From Eledone cirrhosa (lineage: Eukaryota): 64,000 nt of DNA. The DNA lies in assembly GCA_964016885.1 (NCBI GenBank), contig OZ024742.1, positions 159,960,001-160,024,000 on the forward strand, in the 5' to 3' direction. Positions within the stretch are counted from its first letter, which is position 1; each line of letters begins with the position of its first letter. Both the position numbers and the translations under genes were made by a program. This document shows positions 42,776-56,118 of this stretch, piece after piece. The notes under the pieces are model-generated. The model made no database searches and was not told the origin of the DNA. It was given only the letters and a program-made list of their open reading frames with translations.

Positions 42776-44164
42776 CTACTTCTATAGGGGTCGGAATAAC
42801 ATGGACATGAAAATATGTAACATTCTCAAAGCTGTAAGTGAATCTCTCCTCATTGTGTTCATTGATTTGTCAATGTGCTCTATGTTCAGGTAATCACACA
42901 CATATATAAATATATATACAAATTTGTATGAATGAAAATGTAAACATCATCATCATCAACATCATATTTTTTCTATGCTAGTATGGATTGGACAGAACTT
43001 TTCAAGACAGGTTTTCTTCAGTTAGGTGCCTTTCCTAATGTATTGTTTATGCAAGACATAGATATTACAGGCTGATTTTGTTTTTCGTTATTAAATATCA
43101 GTTAATTGACATGTACACATATACACACACCTACATCAGTAAACTAATGCACACACACACACACCTACATCAGTAAACTAACACAGACATCTACATTAGT
43201 AAACTAACACACACCTACGCTATGCAGTAATACAAAAGACCCACCTTGTAGGCACCTCTTAATCCACTCTACAGCCCCACACACCCTTCACCTCCCTCCC
43301 ACTTCCGCCCACACCACCCATATACTGTAAAGTTATGTTGGTACCACAAAACATCCAGCCCACACTGTAAAGTGGTTGTGTAGGTGTCAGAACAAAAACA
43401 CCCAGTCCACCCTGTAAAGTGATCCTGTAGAAGACATTGCAAAAAGCACCTAGTCCACACTGTAAAGTGGTCGTGTAGGAGACAGCAAAAAGCACCCAGC
43501 ACACACTGTCAACGTGGTTGGTGTTAGGAAGGGCTGTAGATAACCAGCCAGAAACAGTCCTGTACGAGTGAGGCATGGTCACCTGACCCAACTTGCCTCT
43601 AATGGGACAAACCCATCTAACCCATGCTAGCGTGGAAGATAGACATTAAATGATGATGATGATAGGAATAAAGTTAAAGTAGACATAATACTGTTCAGTT
43701 TTGTGCCAGGTAGTGGTACCAGCGATTCTCTCTTCCTTATAAGACAACCGCAGGAGAAGTAAGCGCCTTTATATAATGACAAGACTAGACCTTTTAATAA
43801 CAGCTAAAATTCATGCAATGAGCTTCCACACAGTTTCTATTTATTCAATTTCACTCACATGGCTTGGATTTACCCATGGCTATTATAACTTGCAATTAAA
43901 CCTGGGATGTGGCAAAGTGAAATTCTTAACCGTTATATTCTTTCACTAGTTCCAGTCATTAGACTTCAACCATGCTGTGGTTCTGCCTTAACCTTTTAGC
44001 ATTCAAACCGGCCATCTCCGGTCAGAATTTTCTCACTTCTTTCTGTTCAAACCAGTCATAACTGGCTGCTCATACTTATGTTAAGGTATTGTTCTCAAAA
44101 TATGTAATATCGAAATCTCATAGATTTGATATACTGTGAAAATATAATAATATATATAGAGTAA

Positions 44165-45830
44165 TCGTCATCATCATTTTACATCCACTTTTCCCTGCTT
44201 GCAAGGGTGGGAAGGGTCCTATTCAGCACAGCATCTCTCCATTCGTCGCGTTCCTTCGTTATCTCCTCTGTGAGCTTCTGCGATCTGAGGTCAGCTCTCA
44301 CCACCTCCGCCCATGATTTCCGTGGTCTTCCTCTACTGCGTCTTCCTTCTACTGGGATTTCTTGGCACTTCTTCAGCCAGCGGTCATCCTCCATGCGCAT
44401 CACATGTCCATACCAATGCAGTCATCTCTCCCGCACACTACAGCTTATCCCTCTTATACTCAGTTTCTCTCTCAACTCATCTATGCTTGGTCGTTCATGC
44501 ACATTGACATTGCACATCCAACGGAGCATGCTTGCTTCATTTCTCTCCAGCCGTTGCATATCCTCCACAGTTGCTGCCTCCCATGCAGCATCGTGCATCT
44601 CACACAGGCATCATATAACTGGCCTTTCATTCGTAGGGAGAAACCCTTCTGTGTCAACAGAGGAAGCAGCTCCCTAAACTTCTTCCAACCCATCCTTATT
44701 CTAGATACTATGACCGCGGAGCACTCTCCTCCTTTGCTAATCTGATCACCTAGGTATTGGAAGCTATCAACCACCTCTATAGATCCTACCTGCATTTGAA
44801 AAATGTGTCCATGACTGCAACTTCTGCTGTCAAATTTCGCTGTACATCTACTGCATATGTAGTTTTCCCTACCTGTTAGTTTGCCTGCTATCCCACTACA
44901 TCTTTTGTGTACCTAACATCTGCATTGTGTACATTTTATAGAATTTATGCCAACTCCTTTTCTACATACCGAACATGGCCATTTCCCTGATGGAATCAGA
45001 GTTTTGTCCTCTTTTCTACTTATCAACATTTTAGTCTTAGTTAGGTTCACTCTCAGTCCTCTTGATTCCAACTGCTGTTTCCATAGCCAGAATTTATTCT
45101 CTAGCTCCTTTACTGATGCTGCTATAAGAACCAGATCATCAGCATAGAGAAGTTCCCATGGACAGCCAGTCTTAAACTCCTCTGTTATAGCTTGGAGGAC
45201 TATAATGAACAAGAGCGGGCTGAGGACCGAACCTTGATGTACTCCTACTTGTACCCGGAATTCTAAACTCCATTCCTACTCTGACTTTACTGACAGTACC
45301 TCTGTACAAAGTTTGCACTGTCCTCACAAGCCATTCCTCAACACCTAGTTTCCTTAGGGACCACCAAATGACAGATTGGAGTACTCTATCAAAAGCCTTC
45401 TCCAGGTCAACAAAAGCTAAGTATAGTGGCTTATTCTTCTCTAAGAACCTCTCTTGTAATTGTCTCACTAAGAGGGCATCTGTTGTACTTTTCCCAGGTA
45501 CAAAACCAAATTGCATCTCATCTAATTTGACCTTTTCTCTAATCAGTTGCGCTAGTATTCTTTCTGCCACTTTCATAACCTGATCCATCAGTTTTGTGCC
45601 TCTCCAGAGCATCCCTTTTACTTTTGTAGCAATTTATAAGAATACTGCTGCACCAGTCTTTAGGTATGACTCCGCTATATATAGCTTGATTGATGATGCA
45701 TGCAACCAGTTTAGTTCCTACTTCTGATGCCTTCATTATCTCAGCAACTCTCCCTGACGGTCCAGCGGCCTTACCATTTTTCATTTCCTTAATTGCCTCT
45801 TTGACATGATCACTGCTTAAAATACTTACA
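44165..45830 (-). mobile_element. RTE-clade LINE 3' half, degenerate, (GAT)n tail
   Basis: QFGFVPGKSTTDA, FVDLEKAFDRV, LLYADDLVL, FQYLG, GRRSRGRPRKSW. Confidence 0.9.
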
Positions 45831-45896
45831 GTGAAACTCATGCATGTTTATTATGTATAAACATATTGTATATGCTTTCTTATATATGCCTCTATT

Positions 45897-46120
45897 CTGT
45901 ACATTTTGGGGGGGGGCTTTAACCCTTTAGCGTTTACATTACTCTCTATTTGGTATTGTATCTGGTAAAGGCTTTATCTCATATAATTATCTGGCATAAT
46001 TTCGAATTATAATTCAAAATTATGCTAGATAATTATGTGAGATAAAGCCTTTACCAGATACAATAGCAAATATAGAGTAATGTAAACGCTAAAGGGTTAA
46101 AGCCCCACCAAAATGTACAG
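45897..46120. repeat. 224-bp near-perfect palindrome containing a TTAA-CCCTTTAGC MITE (45919-46100)
   Basis: ctgtacattttgg..gctttaaccctttagcgtttacattactc pairs with gagtaatgtaaacgctaaagggttaaagcc..ccaaaatgtacag. Confidence 0.85.
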
Positions 46121-46284
46121 ATTTTGTATCAGATGTTGATATTATTTATTTTGAGAACAATACCTTAACATCAGTATGAGCGACCAGTTATAGCTGCTTT
46201 GAACAGAAAGAGGTGAGAGAATTCTGATTGGATACAGATAGTTTAAATGCTAAAGGGTTAATGTATTTTCATATTTCTTTTCAG

Positions 46285-46694
46285 TTTTGCAGATCATGTA
46301 ATAAATCTCAACAAAGACTTTATTTTTGGAAATACCTGCAAAAGATTTAAGTCTCCACAGAAAATGGAACAACAAAAATCTTTCATTGAACAAAAGCAAC
46401 AACAGCAAGATGCCAATTCTCAGTATAGTTCTATTGATGAAGAACCACCCTGTTCTGATTGGGATAATTTAGATAAATATTTGGAAAAAATGAACAAATA
46501 CATTCTAAAAAAATCGTTAAAGTTTGCCTTAAATTTAAAAGTGGGTGAGATAAATCATGGCATACACCAAGACAGTGGTAGTGGTAGTCTTAACATGCCA
46601 AGCAATACAGGTAGTAGCATATACTTTTCATCAGACACTGCAAAAAACATCTTGGACAAGATTAAAGAAAAGGGGTTAAAATCAAGTTACAAAG
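46285..46694 (+). CDS. Host gene exon A (possible ATG at 46364)
   Basis: Acceptor tttcttttcag, open frame of 136 codons, donor AAG|gtaagt, ends in phase 1. Confidence 0.7.
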
Positions 46695-46915
46695 GTAAGT
46701 AAATTTATTACAGTTATTAACTCTTAACATTCTGTAATGATATAGTAGAAAAATATTCAAAAATGAGTTTGTTCATTGAAATGTACATAGTATCTTTACT
46801 AGTGGACAGAGCATTGTGAAAATTTATAGTATTGGAGTAAAGACTTTAATATTTAATGTGATGCCATCATAGGACTGTTCTATACTTTTCAAGAATATCA
46901 TGCTAATGCGGTTTC

Positions 46916-46974
<59 letters not shown>

Positions 46975-46976
<2 letters not shown>

Positions 46977-49900
46977 GAGGTTATATTTAATTTGTTGGGA
47001 TTCAACAAGCTTAAACATTTTTATAACTGATATAAAACACTCAACAGATTAGTGGAATAAATATACAATATATTAACAAATGGAAACTATATTTATAAAA
47101 CCATATTTATTTTATTATACATATTTCAAGGGACACCAAGGCAAATTATGGTGCGCTTTCATCAGATAAAATACAATACAGATTTGTTTTCATCATCATC
47201 ATCATTATTTCATTTTATGTCCGCTTTTTCCCTGCTTGCAAGGGTGGGACGGGAACTGATTCTGGCTTGATTTCTACAGCTGGATGCCCTTCCTAACACC
47301 AACCTCATTTACAGTGAGTGCTGGGTGCTTTTTTGCCGTGGCACCTCCACGACCACTTTGCAGTGGAATGATATGGACCCCAGTCCCTATCATCTCATTT
47401 CTACAGCTGAGTAAACTGGAGCAATGTGAAATAAAGTATCTTGCTCAAGGAAACAACACATCACCCGGTCTTAGAATTGAACTCACAACCTTTTGATTGC
47501 AAGGCCAATGCTCTAACCGCTAAGCCATGTGATATATATTGACATACCCTGAAAAAAGACAACCTTAACGGTTGGAGCTTCCTGGATAGTGGAGATATTA
47601 CATTTATTGAGGGTGATATAAAGTTATGATTGAGTATGCAAATGAGTGTCCGAAAGGTTGAAAAGATAGCGGTTTATTTAAATTAAACTGTTGGAAGAAG
47701 GTGATATTGTGAGGGAGAGAGAAAAAAAGAAAGAAAGAAAAAAAGAAGGAACGATTATATATATTTTTGACAGTGAAATTAGTGTGAAGAGAAGAGCGTA
47801 ATTATATTTTTAAGTGAGAGGAAAAAAGAAGAAATGAAGAAGAAATGAGGATAGCGTGGAGGAATAATATTTATAATGCAGGATTCGTTATGTTTTGATT
47901 ATAATATTTATAATGATAGGTTGAAAAAATTTGATTAAAGGTTTAATCTAATAATTAGTTTAAATGTGTATGTTATGGATTATAAATTATTAAAAATATA
48001 TATTATAGTTTATTTTATTAAAAGATGTAAGTCAAAAATTAAAAAATTTAAAATATCCAAATAATTCTAAATTTATGGAAAATTTTCGAGAGTTTACAAA
48101 AGAATAACCACTTAGTTATATTATAAAAACAGAGGGGCGGTGAATTGGCAGTATCGGTAGAGGGTCGGACGCCATGCTTTCCAGCATAGTTACGTCCCTT
48201 TACGATCTGAGTTCAAATCCCGCCGAGGTTGACTTTGCCTTTCATCCTTACGGGGTCAATAAAATAAAGTACCAGTAATGCACTGGGTAATTGTTGGCCT
48301 TGTGCCTAAAGTAGGAACAATTAATGTTTTTCCCTGCTGATTATATACGTCTGACAACCAAGTTTTTAATGGTTAAGTGTTTCTCTCTCTTTTTTTCTCG
48401 TTTTGTGGGAGACTAAGAATATGGATGTAGCTTTGTGGAGGCAACTAGAGAATAATTCACTTTTTTTGTTAATTAGGGTCTCATAGTTATTAATAATCAA
48501 CAGGTCTCCATTGTACAGAGTGCGCAATTATTTGATATACTAGAGTTGTGGTAAACTCCACAGTTCCGAAGTTTAGTCCAAAGAATGGAGTATTTTAAAT
48601 TTCTCTCTTTTAATGACCATATGAGCTGTGATAAAGACGTGGATGATTTCCTCTTGGAGTTCGAGAAAGAGCATTTATGGTTCGCAAATCTGGCTTTAAA
48701 TGTAGAAGATCCTATGTAGTAGTATGTGAACCATATGACTGATTTAGTTCTAGTTCTTATCCTAGATTTATTTGGCGTATGGGTGTTTGAATTATAATTA
48801 TTATAGTTTTTCTTATATATGTTATTATTTTTATTAAGATTAATACTTGGATTATTATTATCTACATATTCTATATTATTCATATATCCTGCTCTTTTTA
48901 ACGCGTTGTTGTAGTATTCAGCATTTTCGTCGAATATAGCTTTATTGATATTTTATTAATTCGTTTTTGCACACTATTTACAATAGCTTTTTTTTTTACA
49001 GATTTAGGGTGATTGGAATGGTTACTAACATAGTTTAAGTTTTCATTGGGCTTATGAAAAGGGTAATAGAAGCCAGTGTTTTAGTTAAACGTAACGTCTA
49101 GGAAATTAACTATTTTGGTACCATTTTCTACTTCTAACTTAAGGTCGTACTTTTTAAAGAATTCTATTATACTTTTCTTTACTCTATTTAGTTCAATATT
49201 GTTGTGTTTGACCACGGTAAATAAAATGTTGTCCCTATATAAACCACCGGTAATCTCCGGCAGTTTTCTATTTATCATATTTAATATGAAAATTCCCAGA
49301 AGATCTGTGATTTGCGCGGAATCGGATGCCCCCATAGTGATATCAAAATTTCTATCTCTATCTGAGCGGGTCCAATATTCGTTGTTGAAGTTAATAAGAG
49401 TTCTTCTAGCTGTTAGTATTATGTCTATTTCATCCGTGGTTATATCAGTATGCTTATAAGCATATGAAAGAGCCTTATTTAGAAGGTTAGGTGTTATGGA
49501 AGAATAGTAGCTAGTAATGTCCATCTGGATGAATTTATGGTTTTTCTTATCTTCTATATTCCTGTATCATTCTATGACTTCGTTTGTATCTTTCCATAAG
49601 CTCAAATTAGATCTCAATTTAAGGGTGGGTAATGTTCTATCTATGATGTTTTTACTGATTACTCCAATATCCGATTTCGATGGAGCAATCAGTCTAACTG
49701 GCATCTCTTCCTTAAAGTTTCTTTTGTGATCCTTCAAGATAATCCTGGACTGTCTAGGTAAAAATGGCTCGGTTCTTCCTTCTATTCCTAAATTGGTAAT
49801 TAATTTGTAGGCTTCTTCGTTAATTTCAGTAAGATCAACAGCCGGGGCTTTTTTTGTAATTTTTCCTAAGTTCTTTTAAAATCAAGTTGTTATATTCCTC

Positions 49901-50311
49901 TTTGTTTATCCCATATAAATTATTAGTTTTGTCAGATTTAACCAATACTTTGTTAACATTTTTTATTTCCGTGATTTTTTCTTTTAGAGTTCTAAGGTAT
50001 TGGTGACTTATATATGGGTTTTTCCTAAATTTAATTTTTTTGATTATACCGAGCATTTCTGTTTCAAAAACCTCCAGATGTTTGTTGTATGGAGGATCTT
50101 TCTTGATTTAAATAAAGATTCAAAATGATTGTTGTTGGTTTTCCTTTCAGCATCTTTATTTTCGAAATGAAAAGCTCTCCATCTTAATCTTCTAATAAAA
50201 GAGTTTGTCTGTTCGATAGTTTTCATCATGTATTCTTCATTTGAAGGTATGGGTATATCTTTGAGGGAAGTCGGGAAGTTTAAGAAATCCATATTTATTG
50301 AATATGCAATC
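46975..50311 (-). mobile_element. Near full-length degenerate PLE (N-terminus, RT, partly deleted GIY-YIG, 3' UTR, HHR at 47108-47173) inside a host intron
   Basis: MDFLNFPTSLKDIPIP..FIRRLRWRA, VKSDKTNN, LKDHK, DITSYYSSI, TMGASDSA, GLYRDN, VNFLDV, YIGSSTFKARF. Interrupted by SINEs at 47190 and 48133; ends at (TA)n. Confidence 0.88.
47190..47529 (-). mobile_element. Full-length tRNA-derived CORE-like SINE with RTE-type 3' tail (family 1)
   Basis: Minus strand: A box tggcttagcggttag, B box gagttcaattc, core ccttgagcaagatactt, tail cccttgcaagcagggaaaaagcggac..(gat)n. Confidence 0.8.
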
Positions 50312-50599
50312 TATTGTATAGAAAAGCGCTCTACCAGTAGGGATATACCCATACCCACATATTTTGGTAAAAAGTGTTGTCGAGAATGTGAGAGGAGAAC
50401 ACAAGCACAATCACAGACACCACACACAAACACCAACCACCATCATTAGTCATAGTAGCGACCTCTACCACTCACTGACCAATAACAATTTGAAAGACAC
50501 AACAACACAAGAAAGGAGAGAAAGAAGGAAGAGAACAAATTAAAAAACTGGGTCTACATTGATCTGGCATACCAAGGAGAATAGAGAGGAATTAACAAC

Positions 50600-50979
50600 A
50601 CAAAACCAATATGCTTGACAGATCACATGTGGTATATGAGTTGAACTGTGCATGTGGAGCCAACTACACCAATTCAACGAAGAGCCAACTACAAAACAGA
50701 ATACTAGAAGATTTTCAAAAAGCGATACCTGTGAGCGGTGTGTTTCAATGCAGAAATATGTGGAAGGAGCATAACCACAAAAATACATATGGAGCAAAGA
50801 GACACGATATATACAAATAGTGGAAGCACATTTTATTAGGAAAAGGTGGCCTACTGTAAACTGTTGGAGTGACCTGGACACATAGAAACACCTATACATA
50901 TACTCTGACAAGTAATGGATTTGTCAATCCAGGAATAATCTAGTCTAATGAAGGATTATTAATCTGAAAGCACTCACTA
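50600..50979 (+). mobile_element. PLE GIY-YIG remnant of another family with a decayed HHR (50941-50979)
   Basis: SHVVYELNCACGANY..T..QLQNRILE; tagt-CTAATGA-aggatt-att-aatct-GAAA-gcac-TC-acta. Confidence 0.6.
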
Positions 50980-51554
50980 TCAAATGACCCATACTAACCC
51001 AGCAACAAGGCTTGTAGACTGAAGCCACATGACCATTCATGGTAACTATTTTAACACTAATCCTAATCTTTATTTTAATTCTAACCCTTTACCTAATTTT
51101 AATTCTAACATCAACTATTACACAAATCTATTCCTGCACCTCTACCATTACCTAAACAAACAATGAAACACAAAATGTATACTGTTATTAAACAAGTTTT
51201 ATCTTGTTTATTTATTTTATTCTAACTTCTCCTTTTCAGCTGCCTATAGCTCACTCTTCTTACCTATCCCTACATGATAAATGCACTCGATAAATGCACT
51301 TGACAGAACATAAGACTGAATGTTAACAAGATGCAGATCCCCCAGCCTGTCAGGGAGGTCAGTAGTCCTGCTTCAGTACTGGCTTAATTTATGTAGACTC
51401 TTCCAACTCTTACTAGCACAAAAAGAGAACCTTAAAACTATGATGATGATGATATGTATACATATATGTATATGTGTGAGTTCTCTTTTAATCTAACTTA
51501 AAGCTAAAAATATATTTTTTCTTCTCTAAATAAAAGTGTTCTTGTATTTGACAG

Positions 51555-51583
51555 GTCTTCATTCATTGAACAGTTTAGATGAG
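51555..51583 (+). CDS. Host gene micro-exon B (29 nt, GLHSLNSLDE)
   Basis: tttgacag| ... GAG|gtgagt; phase 1 to 0, fits both neighbours. Confidence 0.6.
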
Positions 51584-53008
51584 GTGAGTTTTACATGTCA
51601 ACTATTAAATGTCTTTACCATAACCCTTTCATTACCCTATTTCTTATGAAATATACAGCTAATGTGCTTCAATTCATTTTGAAAGTAATTAAAACCAGGT
51701 AGAAGACCCAGGGCTAGACCCTGAGCAAGATGGTAGGTTAAGATCCATGAGCTTGGCTGGTCAAGCTTGGGGATCCAGCTGGATGAGATGGAGACGGTTA
51801 CTTCTAACAGGACTTGCTGGAGGGAGTGTTTGAAGACTCTGACCCCATGACACTCTCAGCAATAAGTGGGTAAAGAAGAATTAAAACCAATTTGAGAAAT
51901 TTACTAAAATATTTAAGTTTTTAATTAGTAAACTGGTGTTTGAAACATAATAATGATTTCTTATATAAAATTATGTTGGGAATTTTGGGAATAGACCTCC
52001 ATCAATTTCAATGATGATTATTCTAGTGGTTCAATCAATGGAATAGTCTGCTCATGAGATTAATGTATATGTGACTGAGCATTCCACAGGCATGTGTACC
52101 CTTAATGTAATTATCAAGGATATTTCTAAGGAAATCAACTTCCTATGATTTTCAAATAATTATGAAAATATTCAAGAATTTGAAAAGATTTAGTAAAATT
52201 ATAATGGAGGATTTTTAGATAAATATAAACACCTTAAAACAAATCTGTATCATAAGTCTGGTTTCATGCAGTTAGCAAACAAAAGTGTTAAGTTATTAGG
52301 GTGTAATATAGGCAAGATTTGGCTGCAATTTCTAGCAAGTTGTGTGACTATTTTAGACTTTATTGCTAGCCCAAACTTAATATATTGTGAAAGCATGTAT
52401 CCTAATGGTTAAGGTGTTCCATGGTCATATAATCATGGGTTTGATTCCTGGATTGGGCAATGTATTGTATTCTTCAGCAAGATGTTGCTTTTCATGATAG
52501 GAATAAAGCCCTTATCATTAAAATAGCTAAAAAAAAAAACCAAAAACCTATGAGATAGTATTTTGTAGGACACCAGCTAAATCAGCATATGTAGGAATGG
52601 TGAATTTCATTTTTTTTTAAAATTTAATATGTAACAATGTTTTTAATTTGACTATTAGTTGATCAAATGTGTAGTTGTATTGTTGATTTGGTAGATTTGT
52701 TCATTTCTGTCTGTCAGATATGTTGTCTCATTGAATCGAGATGTATGGTTACCATAGTCAGTAGTGAATGAATGATAACAAGGGCCACTACTTTAATAAT
52801 TTTATTAATGAATAACATAGGAAAACAAAACATGGTCACAGTAAAACTCTGTATTATGTTTGTGTAATTTAGCATGGATGCTTTTAGTAGTATCAGTGTG
52901 CTGAAAAGGTCCTGGCTTAAGGGTATTGGGAAAGAGTAGAGTTGTTACCTTTACAGGGGAGGTAGGACCACTGCAATACGTGTGTGTGAATCTGAGAGGA
53001 GAATCATT

Positions 53009-53345
53009 TCATCATCATCATTTCATTTTACGTCCGCTTTTCCCTGCTTGCAAGGGTGGGACGGGAACTGATTCTGGCTTGATTTCTACAGCTGGATGCT
53101 CTTCCTAACACCAACCTCATTTACAGTGAGTGCTGGGTGCCTTTTGCCGTGGCACCTACACGTCCACTTTGCAGTGGAATGATATGGAACCCAGTCCCTA
53201 TCATCTCATTTCTACAGCTGAGTAAACTGGAGCAATGTGAAATAAAGTGTCTTGCTCAAGGAAACAACACATCACCCGGTCTGAGAATTGAACTCACAAC
53301 CTTTCGATTGCAAGGCCAATGCTCTAACCTCTAAGCCATGTGCCT
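53009..53345 (-). mobile_element. Full-length family-1 SINE
   Basis: Near-identical to 47190-47529. Confidence 0.8.
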
Positions 53346-54072
53346 CCATATGTTGAATAAAATCATATGTAACTGATCCTCCTGTATTTTCTTTTACCCA
53401 AAGCCTGGAACTTTTCAGCACCCAGGTAGCTAACATTTGTTGATATCGGAAACGGGAGAAAGACTATCTTAGCTTGCTGGCCTACAAGGGCCGGAGTATG
53501 TCTGTTGATAACTAAATCATTCTGATGTCATTAACTGAAGTGAACTGGCTTGGACAGCTGAGGGTAGACTATTTATGATATGTTATCCTTGATGATAAGC
53601 AGATGGATTCTAGAAAAGTATTCATTATCATCATCGTTTAGCGTCCATCTTCCACACTAGCATGGGTTAGACGGGATTGTCCCACTTGAGATAGATTGGT
53701 CAGGTGACCGTGTCTCGCTCGTATAGAACTGTATCTGGCAGGTTTTCTACAGCTGGATGCCCTTCCCAACACCAACCACATTTACAGTGCAGACTGAGAG
53801 CCTTTTTACTGTCTCCTACACAACCACTTTACAGTGTGGGCTGGGTGCTTTTTGTCATGACACCTCCATGACCAATTTACAGTGTGGACTGCAACACAAG
53901 TCCCAAAAACAAAAGAAGTAAAATACATTTGGAAATCACTTATCTATGAGACCAAAATGCCAGCATGTGTGGTCGCAATGATTTATTTTGTCAACTGGAG
54001 AGTTCAAATCTCTTGTTCAAACCTCTCTCTGCATAGATTCATTACCAATATAATATTTTGGCAACATAACAT

Positions 54073-54103
<31 letters not shown>

Positions 54104-54190
54104 CTCCATACACACACATTCTTCACTCTCAAATGCTATATTCGTTTCTGGTACTTATTTATTCAATTGTATGATATCATTTCTTTATAG

Positions 54191-54286
54191 AACAAATCTC
54201 TTAATGGTCTCAGTGATTTCCAAAAGAAAATAAGCAAAGCTTTTGTCTGCCAGTTTGATGCTTGTTCTGATGAAGAATGTCTAGCT
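54191..54286 (+). CDS. Host gene exon C (NKSLNG...CQFDACSDEECLA)
   Basis: ttctttatag| ... GCT|gtaagt; 96 nt, phase 0 to 0, no stops. Confidence 0.72.
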
Positions 54287-54661
54287 GTAAGTATTAAAAT
54301 TCTACTGTTCCCTTTTGTCATTGCTCCCAAACATGGGTATTGGGAAATCAGTAATTGTATAGTGAATGTTTATTCAAGACTTGAGAGTATATTTTACTAA
54401 CATATTTTGAAAATTAGAAGAAATATATTTCGCCTGAACATATGAATTAGTAAAAGAAATATATACTATACCATTTGACATTAACATTAATGTACCATCA
54501 TCAAGATGGAACCGAAAAAATTAATCAGTAACTTATACCATTGCTACTCCAATGATACAAGCCCAAACAGAACCAGAGAGATTTTTCCTGATATGCAGAA
54601 CCCTAGGGACAAACTGCTTTATGTTCCTTGTGGACAGAAGGGAGAAAGTGTTACCCTAGAG

Positions 54662-54995
54662 CAGAGGTTCTCAAAGTGGGCGCTACCACCCCCTGGGGAG
54701 CATTGAGAAGGTCCAGGGGAGCAGGCGGTAGAGATGATATAATAGTATATTAAATATCAAATGATACATATTATATATAAATATAGTAATATAAAAAATA
54801 TAGTAATATAAAAAACAATATTTATTTATACATAGTATATATTATATTATTTATTATATATAAATTAATGATTTTATTTATTATATATTATTTACAATTT
54901 GCATGTAGGCAGGTCTCTCTGGAAATAGGGAGGGGTGCTGAGGGTATTACATGGCCGAGAGTGGGGCAGTGGCCCAAAATGTTTGAGAACCTCTG
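54662..54995. mobile_element. hAT-type MITE
   Basis: 14-bp TIRs cagaggttctcaaa / tttgagaacctctg; diverged 8-bp flanks ccctagag / tcgtaaag. Confidence 0.75.
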
Positions 54996-55119
54996 TCGTA
55001 AAGGATAACACGGGAGACTTATTGAAATAACCTTTCCAGCTCATAGAGCTCACTTCTGCAGGTGGCTAACTCCATCTTGATAGCATCATATTATATTATA
55101 TTACCTGATCAATTTCCAG

Positions 55120-55271
55120 GGAAAAAAATGTATGAAAACCTTCCTGGAAAATATTAAAAACAAACATCTTGTGCCAAATGACCGTGATGCACTCCATGTC
55201 TTGTTAGAACATTGTCAGAAGTGTGAAGAGACAGCATGTCAAGCTCCTGGCTGTACACAGTTCTTAAGAAG
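55120..55271 (+). CDS. Host gene exon D, TAZ zinc-finger-like (LLEHCQKCEETACQAPGC)
   Basis: aatttccag| ... AG|gtatgt; 152 nt, phase 0 to 2. Confidence 0.72.
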
Positions 55272-55289
55272 GTATGTAATCAATTTTAT

Positions 55290-56118
55290 TATTATCTCAG
55301 AGAAAAGGGTAGTGGATTGGCAGTATCAGTACATTGTCGGACACCCTCTTTGCGGCATACAGTTACGGCCCTTTACATTCTCAGTTTAAATCCCTGAGGT
55401 TAGCTTTGCCTTTCATCTTTACAGGGTCAATAAAATAAAGCACCAGTCACGCATTGGAGTTGATGTAATTGACTTTCACCTCTCCCTCAAAATTGCTTGC
55501 CTTGTGCCTAAATCAGAAACCATTATTATCTCAGAGAGGTGGATTGGCAGTATCGGTAGAGGGTCAGACGCCATGCTTTCCAGCATAGTTACGTCCCTTT
55601 ACGATCTGAGTTCAAATCCCGCCGAGGTTGACTTTGCCTTTCATCCTTACGGGGTCGATGAAATAAAGTACCAGTAATGCACGGGGTAATTGCTGGCCTT
55701 GTGCCTAAAGTAGAAACAATTATTATCTCAGAGAGAAGGTTGGTGGATTGGCAAAATTGGTAGAGTGTTGGATAAAATGTCATTGTGGTATTTGTTCTGG
55801 TTCTTAACAATCTGAGTTCAAATCCTACTGAGGTCAACTTTGACTTTCATCTGTTTAGGGTCAATAAAATAAAGTACCAATCAAGTACTTGGGTTGATTT
55901 AATCAACTTAACCCTTCCCCAAAATTTGTTGGTCATGTGCCTAAATTAGAAATCAATATTCTGAATTAAAATTCTACTGAAGTCAACTTTGCTTTTCATC
56001 CTCCCAGGACCGATAAAATAAAGTAACAGTCAAGTACTGAACTTGAAGTAATCAACATTCCCGTCCCCACAAATTGTTGGCCTTGTGCTTAAATTAGTAA
56101 CCAATAATCTCAGAGAGA
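55290..56118 (+). mobile_element. Head-to-tail cluster of four family-2 SINE copies
   Basis: Units start near 55305, 55535, 55735 and 55965; the motif attatctcagagag recurs at most junctions. Confidence 0.75.

Larger units (their letters stand above)
43988..46261. mobile_element. piggyBac-like non-autonomous element (TTAA ends, ~140-bp diverged TIRs) with nested insertions
   Basis: TTAA-ccttttagcattcaaac...ttgttctcaaaat (43988-44120) is complementary to attttgagaacaa...gtttaaatgctaaaggg-TTAA (46130-46261). Confidence 0.7.

Noticed and set aside
47490-47530. tRNA gene
   Set aside because: Only the tRNA-derived head of a SINE; no complete cloverleaf.
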